Below are positions 1 to 6,288 of a stretch of 24,000 nucleotides of DNA, piece by piece. Every line of letters starts with the position of its first letter. Within the stretch, counting starts at the first letter, position 1. The notes beneath the pieces were generated by a model, which worked only from the letters and a program-made list of their open reading frames with translations, did not search any database and was not told the origin of the DNA. The position numbers were made by a program, and so were the translations under genes. The stretch is from an uncultured delta proteobacterium (lineage in GTDB: Bacteria > Desulfobacterota > RBG-13-43-22), in contig CAWBOS010000012.1 of the NCBI GenBank assembly GCA_963790475.1, positions 864,633-888,632 on the forward strand, read 5' to 3'.

Positions 1-1
1 G

Positions 2-124
2 CTCCTTCTGAAATACCACGACTCCATTGCTGACGCCGTGGCCGATTTAGGCAAACCGGAAGAAATTGGCGAGGTCTTCTACGGATTTCAAAAATATCTG
101 TATCAGCAACAGGCCGCTGCATGA
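2..124 (+). CDS. 3' end of a hypothetical ORF running in from the left edge (partial)
   Basis: Frame 2 is open from the window edge (LLLKYHDSIADAVADLGKPEEIGEVFYGFQKYLYQQQAAA*) to TGA 122-124. Only 40 codons are visible and no motif is recognised. Confidence 0.25.
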   Translation, partial: LLLKYHDSIADAVADLGKPEEIGEVFYGFQKYLYQQQAAA

Positions 125-134
125 CGAGCATTCA

Positions 135-308
135 ATGGAAATAAATGATAAGAAATTAGAAGCTTTAAAACAGGCCTTGATTGGCGTCAAAAATCAGAGG
201 GAGGAGGCTTTTATATTGCTTACCGCTGTTCCGGAACAACATCTTCCCGATATGGTGGAGACACTCCGGATCCTAAATGGGCTCAAGGAAATTAATAGTC
301 CTCGTTAA
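135..308 (+). CDS. small hypothetical protein (57 aa from ATG 135; the ORF track starts it at TTG 66)
   Basis: ORF-track entry 66..308. The first ATG is at 135 (MEINDKKLEALKQ...), 11 nt after the stop of the edge ORF. Predicted helical, no recognisable family, weak RBS. Confidence 0.35.
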   Translation: MEINDKKLEALKQALIGVKNQREEAFILLTAVPEQHLPDMVETLRILNGLKEINSPR

Positions 309-495
309 AATTAATACTTTCTTCCAGTAACTCGCAGGGTCCAGTTTTGGAAAAAATGCCAGAGGACAAATGATGATACCTTAACAGAGACTTGAATTTG
401 TTTGACTTTTTCTAAATTCTGATTAAAATCTCCTTATTCTTAAATGAGTTTTCTTGCTATCAACACCTAACAAAGGAGTTTTGATGGAAGAATAG

Positions 496-535
496 ACCCC
501 TATTCTCAACAGAGATATGGGGGTTTTTTATTTTT
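496..535 (+). terminator. candidate intrinsic terminator
   Basis: ACCCCTAT (496-503) pairs with ATGGGGGT (517-524), about 8 bp including one G-U, with a 13-nt loop. It is followed by TTTTTATTTTT (525-535). Confidence 0.45.
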
Positions 536-662
536 AAACTGGGCGGGATGTTACACAGTTAGAAATTTATCCAAGCAACGCCCTATTTTAACAAAATTTT
601 ATAATATTTTAATCGAATGTTTAATACAATTCGGGAAAACCAATCAATTTCATTTTGATAAT

Positions 663-1460
663 TTGAATAGGACCGGGGATATGGATGTAACTCTCCTGCA
701 CAAAATCCATTCTGAGGGAGCCAAACTTCTTCTCAACTGCCCGCCTCCTCGAAGATCAGCCAACGACTGGCAGCAATATATTCCAGAACCGTTTGAGACA
801 GCCTTGTCAGTTGAAGAGCATCGTTGGTTCTGGCGGCCAAAGCAAATCAAATTTGTTCTTCTGGCTGAATCCCACGTCTATACTGATGCTGATGATCTAA
901 AGTGCAAAATCGTTTATGACAAGTTGGATCCGTCTTTACAAAAATCGCCTCGACAATTTGTCCGACTTGTCTACTGCCTTGGGTACGGAAACGACCAGAT
1001 ACTCGATAGAGTTCCAGAGCAAAATAATTCAGGTACCAAAGAGTACTGGGAATTGTTAGGAAGATGTGCTGGCACGTGGAACAGATCTGACTATTCCATG
1101 CCATCGAAGATTCGAACCCTTGAGATTTTGAAAGAGAAAGGGATTTGGCTTGCAGATGCATCCATCCATGCATGTATGAACCCGCGACTAAATAAACCAT
1201 GGCGCAATATTGCGACTCGCTTCAAAAACACACTTTATAGAGAGCTGATCAATCTTTCTTGGGACTATGTACGTCCAACGATTGAACAGGCAAAGGAAAT
1301 CTGGTATGTCGGCAACAATTTGAAATCTGTCTTGCACGATAGCATTCTGAATCCCATAAAGTCCATCCCCCAACCATCAGGACGACGCAATCCAAGAACA
1401 CGAAGAGAATATGACGAAAAACTTCCGAAGCTTATAACTGCAATTAACAAGGTTTGCTGA
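663..1460 (+). CDS. hypothetical protein with uracil-DNA-glycosylase-superfamily-like motif order (function unproven)
   Basis: 265-aa ORF (TTG 663; first ATG 681). Motif order resembles the UDG fold: beta-strand + KFVLLAESHVY (compare VILGQDPYH/GINPG position), GIWLADASIHAC (compare GVLLLN), EIWYVGNNL, and C-terminal IPQPSGRRNP (compare HPSPLS/NPSGLS). Assigned by eye only. Confidence 0.55.
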   Translation: MNRTGDMDVTLLHKIHSEGAKLLLNCPPPRRSANDWQQYIPEPFETALSVEEHRWFWRPKQIKFVLLAESHVYTDADDLKCKIVYDKLDPSLQKSPRQFVRLVYCLGYGNDQILDRVPEQNNSGTKEYWELLGRCAGTWNRSDYSMPSKIRTLEILKEKGIWLADASIHACMNPRLNKPWRNIATRFKNTLYRELINLSWDYVRPTIEQAKEIWYVGNNLKSVLHDSILNPIKSIPQPSGRRNPRTRREYDEKLPKLITAINKVC

Positions 1461-1549
1461 TAAATACATGAAAAAAGACATGTGATGGTTACTTCTGTAT
1501 ATCAAGCAAAATGAGGAGATATGAAGTTCTTTAGAATAACTTGTTAGCT

Positions 1550-3102
1550 GTCACAAAGGGTAGTAGACCTAAACGTTGCAAAAGAAATCGCCAAATTTTG
1601 AATTATGCTGCCATTTTAAAAGTATCTAAGAATTTGAACAAACCATGTTTAACGACTTCATTACCACTCATAGTAAGAGTCAGGTTACCCTGGGGTGCTG
1701 TGAGTCTTCCTGCTCTTTGAATATAACGATGGCGGATCCATTTTAATTCATGAAAATTCCAAAGCGGGGTTCTTTTCTCGGAGGTTCCTCGATCTCTATC
1801 CCGGGTAGCCATTTGTAATTCCCGGTTCAGGTTATGGGCAAAAATAGCCGCTATCATGTAACATTGGTTTCCTGAAAGTTTCTTAACCGCAATATAATCC
1901 AGTTGGCTTTGGGATTTCAATTCCCCAAAGACACTCTCCTGACTTCCTCGACCATTGTGAAAGACCAGGATCTTTTTAGCAGAAATCCTCTTGTTGGTGA
2001 CGATGACCTTATACTCGTACCCATATTCTAAAGGGATAAAGAGATCCAATTGAATCGGGGCTTTTTGGATTTGCTTGCATCGTTGTCGTATAAAAACAAA
2101 ACGGAACTTTACCGGCCATTTTTTCGGTTTCCAGGGGGTTTCAAAATACGACCAGCGATTATTTAAATGACGCCAACGCACTCGATTTTCAATCATCGAT
2201 TTTAATTCGGCAAAGCGTTCAAAAGGAACGCTGAGGGTAAATTCGATGGATTCCTGGTCTAATAAGGCAACTATTTCCTGGCTGAAAAAAGCGCTATCCA
2301 TCCGGACCTCAAGCGTAATACCCGGCAGTTCTTGTTTGAGCCAGCTAAGGCATTGATGGATAAACTCACTGGCCCCATTCGAATCATGGACATTGCCGGG
2401 GCGATGATAGAAATCAAATACTTGTCCGGTTTGGGCAATGGTACAAAAAAGGGGATAGTAACTTCGGGCTCCCTTCTTTTTCTTGTTAAATCCAACCGCC
2501 GTGCCTTCGGCTTTTCGGGATGTAGATAAAACTGATCCATCAAAGTCAACGGTTAATCGACTCAGACCAGTTTTTTGGAGACGTTCGATAACCATCTGGC
2601 GGTTCAGTTCTCGGATTTTTTGGATGGCTTTTGGATCGGTACTTTTTAAGGCGCGACAAACCGTAGAGACATCCGGGAGGCGTTTCATTCCTAATAGTCT
2701 TTGAACCAAAGGATCATCTTTATAATAGTCCATATCCCGGAGTCTTCGAAAGCCCAAAAGAATATGGATAATCAGCAGCATCATAATTACATGATGTCCT
2801 ATAATTTCCGAGACGTGCAGGTGACGAAAACACTGGCGCAGTCGTTCTTTCAAACCCAGTTTCTGAAACAAAGGATGAAAAATTATCAAACCTGAAAAGG
2901 ATGTAAGTTTCTGATCTTCAAATCGGATCTGAGGAGTTTTATATGCTCGACTAAAAAAATGCCTTTTGCTATACTTCACCTTAGGTGGCCTCCAGTGACG
3001 GAAAATTGTGTGATGTGCTAATCTCACTTTAACCAATACTGGAGCCACCTTTCAAGCTCTTTATTACTTTTATTACACTTTTTTTATGCCACTATAGAGT
3101 AG
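1550..3102 (-). mobile_element. IS1380-family insertion sequence (ends not resolved)
   Basis: A single DDE transposase ORF fills the gap between two + strand orphan ORFs. The size (about 1.55 kb) fits IS1380-type elements. I could not identify convincing terminal inverted repeats or a target duplication, so the boundaries are approximate. Confidence 0.55.
1603..3048 (-). CDS. IS1380-family (IS4-superfamily) DDE transposase
   Basis: 481 aa with a GTG start. DDE candidates are TVDFDGSVL, VRMDSAFF and HNGRGSQESVFGELK (the Y/H-x2-R-x3-E-x6-K type signature typical of IS4/IS1380 transposases). Confidence 0.85.
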   Translation of the reverse strand: MAPVLVKVRLAHHTIFRHWRPPKVKYSKRHFFSRAYKTPQIRFEDQKLTSFSGLIIFHPLFQKLGLKERLRQCFRHLHVSEIIGHHVIMMLLIIHILLGFRRLRDMDYYKDDPLVQRLLGMKRLPDVSTVCRALKSTDPKAIQKIRELNRQMVIERLQKTGLSRLTVDFDGSVLSTSRKAEGTAVGFNKKKKGARSYYPLFCTIAQTGQVFDFYHRPGNVHDSNGASEFIHQCLSWLKQELPGITLEVRMDSAFFSQEIVALLDQESIEFTLSVPFERFAELKSMIENRVRWRHLNNRWSYFETPWKPKKWPVKFRFVFIRQRCKQIQKAPIQLDLFIPLEYGYEYKVIVTNKRISAKKILVFHNGRGSQESVFGELKSQSQLDYIAVKKLSGNQCYMIAAIFAHNLNRELQMATRDRDRGTSEKRTPLWNFHELKWIRHRYIQRAGRLTAPQGNLTLTMSGNEVVKHGLFKFLDTFKMAA

Positions 3103-3795
3103 ATGCAAGATAAATTCAAATTCCCATCGAGAGGTTTCTATTTTGTCGAAAGCAAAGTGAAGGAGGCCGACTATTTCCTAGATATGCTGGAGGGCAAAAA
3201 GGGTTCTCCAGATGAATTTTCATTTATCTTGAATGCATTTGCTTCTGCGGCACGTAGCATCACGTTTTCGCTTCAATCAGTCATGTCTCATTATCCAAGT
3301 TTCGAGGAATGGTATCAGCCAAGGCAACAACAACTGAAGGAAAACAAGCTAGCGAAATTCTTTGTTGATCTGCGAAATTTCACTCAGAAAGTTGGATGTG
3401 CTCCTATTATGCATACGGGAACGCTGAAAAATGCAAAAGCATTTCGCTACGCCTTATTTTTTCCATCAGAGCATTTAGAAAGTATTCCACCCGGTGATAT
3501 TGTCAGGCTTGCACAGGAATATTTTATAAGCATCCTAACAATTATCAAACAATGCTATGAGGACTACTCAGAGTATGTGGATCCAAGGATCGTATTCACT
3601 ATTGAGGGCCTATCAAAGTTAGGTTGGTCTATAGAGGATTTAGAAGAGTCATGCGGCCTCCCAAGAGGATGGACTGACATTAATGAAAATATTCCAAACA
3701 AATCACAAGAACGGCTGAGAGTATTAAAGAGTGAGTATCAAAAAGAAGAAGAGATGGAATACTATTTCAAGAAATACAACCTAAACAACTGCTAA
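3103..3795 (+). CDS. hypothetical protein (orphan, predicted mostly helical)
   Basis: 230-aa ORF with ATG 3103, lying directly after the IS. No motif recognised. Its stop overlaps the start of an attC-like palindrome. Confidence 0.7.
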   Translation: MQDKFKFPSRGFYFVESKVKEADYFLDMLEGKKGSPDEFSFILNAFASAARSITFSLQSVMSHYPSFEEWYQPRQQQLKENKLAKFFVDLRNFTQKVGCAPIMHTGTLKNAKAFRYALFFPSEHLESIPPGDIVRLAQEYFISILTIIKQCYEDYSEYVDPRIVFTIEGLSKLGWSIEDLEESCGLPRGWTDINENIPNKSQERLRVLKSEYQKEEEMEYYFKKYNLNNC

Positions 3796-3846
3796 CAAAG
3801 GCAATACAACCGATCGCTAACGCTTCGGCTGATCTTTTCGTTGGGC
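3790..3846 (+). repeat. attC-like recombination site (attC1)
   Basis: Layout is TGCTAAC-7nt-ATaCAACCGA-loop(11)-TCGGCTGAT-CTTTTC-GTTGGGC. The final core fits GTTRRRY. There is a single bulged base on the 5' arm only. It has the same architecture as 4558-4612 and shares CCGATCGCTA and CGGCTGAT. Confidence 0.55.
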
Positions 3847-3864
3847 ATAAAGGAGAGGATATCC

Positions 3865-4548
3865 ATGTCACGTCTTCTTTCATTCACGACAGGGCCAAAA
3901 GACTGGAAGGCATTGCTTGCCGATCCAGAGAAACATTGGAAATCAGGATATTCTGCCCGCACTTTAGCGTATTGTTGGGAAGCAGCAGACGGCTTCCCTT
4001 CTGAGGTCAGCCTACCTTTTACTCAGAGCACGGAGCCTCTATTAGAAAACCTCATTCCAATTCTCGCAGTGCCAGAGTTCAAAGTGCCATTGCCAGGCGG
4101 AGTACGCTCCTCACAGAACGACATCTTCGTATTAGCTCGATCCTCATCAGGGCCTGTTTGTATTATGGTTGAAGGCAAGGTCGATGAATCCTTCGGCCCC
4201 ACCCTTGGTGAATGGCGAAAGGAAGCATCACCAGGCAAAAAAAAGCGCCTTAGTTTTCTCCTTCGCTCGCTTGGTCTAGCCACTGTTCCGTCAGATTCAA
4301 TTCGTTATCAACTTCTTCATCGAGCTGCATCAGCCATAATTGCTGGAGAGCAATATCGTGCCGCAGCTGCTGTCCTTATCGTTCATTCATTCAGTCAGCT
4401 GCATACGGGTTGGTCAGATTATCAAGCATTTACACACATCTTTGGTGTTGAGGCAATGGTTGGAACTATCCAGCGACTTAGTATCTCTTCAACTGTGCCG
4501 CTCCTTGGGGTATGGGTCGTTGGTAATCCATTGTTCTTACAAAGCTGA
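3865..4548 (+). CDS. hypothetical PD-(D/E)XK-type nuclease-fold protein
   Basis: ATG 3865 is preceded by AAGGAGAGG; the track's TTG 3841 lies inside the attC core. The motif PEFKVPLPGG...QNDIFVLAR...VCIMVEGKVDESFG matches the D...E-x-K restriction-endonuclease-like core. The N-terminus (GPKDWKALLADPEKHWKSGYSARTLAYCWEAADGFP) looks like a recurrent uncharacterised bacterial family. Confidence 0.75.
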   Translation: MSRLLSFTTGPKDWKALLADPEKHWKSGYSARTLAYCWEAADGFPSEVSLPFTQSTEPLLENLIPILAVPEFKVPLPGGVRSSQNDIFVLARSSSGPVCIMVEGKVDESFGPTLGEWRKEASPGKKKRLSFLLRSLGLATVPSDSIRYQLLHRAASAIIAGEQYRAAAAVLIVHSFSQLHTGWSDYQAFTHIFGVEAMVGTIQRLSISSTVPLLGVWVVGNPLFLQS

Positions 4549-4557
4549 GGCATAATA

Positions 4558-4612
4558 GCCCAACCAGTCGATCCAGCCGATCGCTATACTCCGGCTGATT
4601 TTTTCGTTATGA
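4558..4612 (+). repeat. attC-like recombination site (attC2)
   Basis: Layout is GCCCAAC (fits RYYYAAC)-CAGTCG-ATCcAGCCG-loop(12)-CGGCTGAT-TTTTTC-GTTATGA. GCCCAAC is the exact reverse complement of GTTGGGC at 3840-3846. It starts 9 nt after the stop of the preceding ORF. Confidence 0.6.
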
Positions 4613-4675
4613 TCACTTTCAGCCAGTAATCATCCGTTTTTTGTTCATTCCCTGTTCAACATTAGTAGGTGTACT

Positions 4676-5116
4676 CTATTTGTTGATCAGTTTTCTCAAT
4701 GCGATGGTCCGGTTGATCCATCCCCGCAGATTAATAATTTTATATGGTTTTTCTTTAACCCGGTCGGAATAATAGGCGATCCGGTCAAAGAGATAATCCT
4801 GCCAGGTCCCGGGCCCGGATCTCAATTCATTGGCCAGCTTAAAACCAGGATTAATAGCAATATCAAAAATGATCATGTCCTTTGGATAGGGCAGCAGATC
4901 ACACCCGGCCAGCAGCCAGTAATTTTTGAAGTAGAGATCCGATGCATATTTCATGGCCTCTTCTTTGGACATCTTCGCCATTTTGGCCACTTCCACCGGA
5001 TGATAAACAATAGACATTCCCCAAATCGTAAGCTTGCCGGGATCCCTGGGATCGTCGGTTTTATAGCCTTCCTTTTCCAGTACAAATCCGAGGGCCTTGG
5101 GAAAATTATCATTCAT
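4676..5116 (-). CDS. GH108-family N-acetylmuramidase (lysozyme) with PG_binding_3-like C-terminal part
   Basis: The N-terminus FPKALGFVLEKEGYKTDDPRDPGKLTIWGMS matches the GH108 signature (F..vl..EGGY..dp.D.GG.T.yGI) including the catalytic Glu. The C-terminal FDIAINPG...GWINR resembles the peptidoglycan-binding module. Confidence 0.8.
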   Translation of the reverse strand: MNDNFPKALGFVLEKEGYKTDDPRDPGKLTIWGMSIVYHPVEVAKMAKMSKEEAMKYASDLYFKNYWLLAGCDLLPYPKDMIIFDIAINPGFKLANELRSGPGTWQDYLFDRIAYYSDRVKEKPYKIINLRGWINRTIALRKLINK

Positions 5117-5373
5117 TTTTTAACCTTTTCAACTGTCTTAGAGATAATTTGTTCGATCTGCGTAGTGGAAAGATCGTGGTTGTTAACATGAAAATATACC
5201 TGAGTTAAGAAGAAAGAAACCATGCCGATAAGGACTGAGATAAGAGTCCAGACGGCCATTCGGCTGCTTTTTAGGGCATTTTCCTTGATCTCTAAAAGGC
5301 ATGTTTCCGCCTGCTCAATCCGTTCTTTAAATCCTTGGTGTAAAGGACAAGTCACATCAGCTTCGCTCGGCAT
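5113..5373 (-). CDS. XhlA/holin-like small membrane protein
   Basis: 86 aa from ATG 5373 (RBS AAGGAA 6 nt upstream). N-terminal CPLHQGFKERIEQAE...LEIKEN helix, then one TM segment (MAVWTLISVLIGMVSFFLTQVYF). Its stop overlaps the lysozyme start (ATGA at 5113-5116). The track's longer 5508 start reads through a perfect hairpin. Confidence 0.6.
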   Translation of the reverse strand: MPSEADVTCPLHQGFKERIEQAETCLLEIKENALKSSRMAVWTLISVLIGMVSFFLTQVYFHVNNHDLSTTQIEQIISKTVEKVKK

Positions 5374-5400
5374 GGGCGTTTCCTTTCTTATCAGATTATC

Positions 5401-5447
5401 CTGGGGAGAACGAAAAGGCAAAAAACCACCCCCACCGTTCTCCCCAG
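5401..5447. repeat. perfect 12-bp inverted repeat with 23-nt spacer
   Basis: CTGGGGAGAACG (5401-5412) and CGTTCTCCCCAG (5436-5447) flank the spacer AAAAGGCAAAAAACCACCCCCAC. It sits 28 nt upstream of the holin-like start, near the junction with the truncated SBP gene. Confidence 0.8.
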
Positions 5448-5459
5448 GATTTAAAGTAT

Positions 5460-6119
5460 TTGTCCAAGACTGTTTCTCATTTTCCGGACACCACTCCCGC
5501 CGCATCATCCGCCAAAGGCAGCATGGATTTGATAAGGTTATTGAACATCGTGCCGGTGATGGCCAAAAAACTGCTGGCTGAGGCCGGTTACCCCAATGGG
5601 TTCACCTTCAAGGCTCAAATCCCAAATGCCAGTCAGGAACGTATGGATCTGGCCCAAATGGTAGTGGCTTATCTTGCTAAGATCGGGGTGACCCTGGTGT
5701 TGGACCCTTTGGATTATCCTTCCTGGCTCAGCCGGATGACCAAGAAGAACCACTCGGAAGGGATCTTCTTTGACAACGATCACGGGACTCCTTACGCCGG
5801 AATTCGCAAGAATTTCTCGACCGGCAACACCTGGAATCCCCACATGATGAGCGATCCCTATGTGGACAAGACCCACAGCGAGGCCGTTGAAAACCCGAAA
5901 CTGAGCGAAAAGCAAAGTCTGGCGGTGATGAAAAAACTAGCGGTTTATTGCCTGGATCAAGCCCCGGCCATCATACTTCCTACCCCCCATGTTTATACCG
6001 CCTGGTGGCCCTGGGTCAAAAATTATTACGGGGAGCAGCGTGTTGGTGCACAAAGAGCTAATCCCATCATGGCCCGTATATGGATAGATCAAGAATTGAA
6101 AAAGAAGATGGGATATTGA
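5460..6119 (+). pseudogene. 5'-truncated ABC transporter substrate-binding protein, family 5 (peptide/nickel type), C-terminal third only
   Basis: From about 5559 the translation (AKKLLAEAGYPNGFTF...IGVTLVLDPLDY...DPYVDK...LDQAPAIILPTPHVYTAWWPWVKNY) is the typical C-terminal part of SBP_bac_5 proteins. The about 300 N-terminal residues and signal peptide are absent. The first 33 codons of the ORF look like non-homologous run-in. Confidence 0.75.
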
Positions 6120-6288
6120 TAAGAAGCAAATATCTGATAAAGGCCTTCAGGGGGTGTTTCCTTGAGCGCACCCCGTATTTGAAGGGAAAGCGGGACTTCT
6201 TAAAAAAGCAAATAACTTGATGAGGTAGTGGGAGAAGGCGACGGGGTGGTGAACAAATTGAATCAGGATCTGATCCCCACTTTTTCAG

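Noticed and set aside
1562-3102. AGTAGA at 1562-1567 and 3097-3102 as the target-site duplication of the IS
   Set aside because: The sequences just inside these hexamers (CCTAAACGTTGC... versus the reverse complement TCTATAGTGGCA...) do not form convincing inverted repeats. A shared 6-mer between two about 50-nt flanks is expected by chance.
5401-5447. The 12-bp perfect palindrome as a third attC site
   Set aside because: Its arms contain AAC/GTT, but the flanking bases have the wrong polarity (GGAGAAC/GTTCTCC instead of RYYYAAC/GTTRRRY). There is no bulged base or spacer architecture. No core complementary to TTATGA (the start of the putative third unit) was found in 5374-5560.
5374-5508. 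45-codon N-terminal extension of the holin-like ORF (track start 5508)
   Set aside because: The extension reads straight through the perfect 12-bp inverted repeat (giving PGENGGGGFLPFRSPQ). ATG 5373 has a good AAGGAA RBS.
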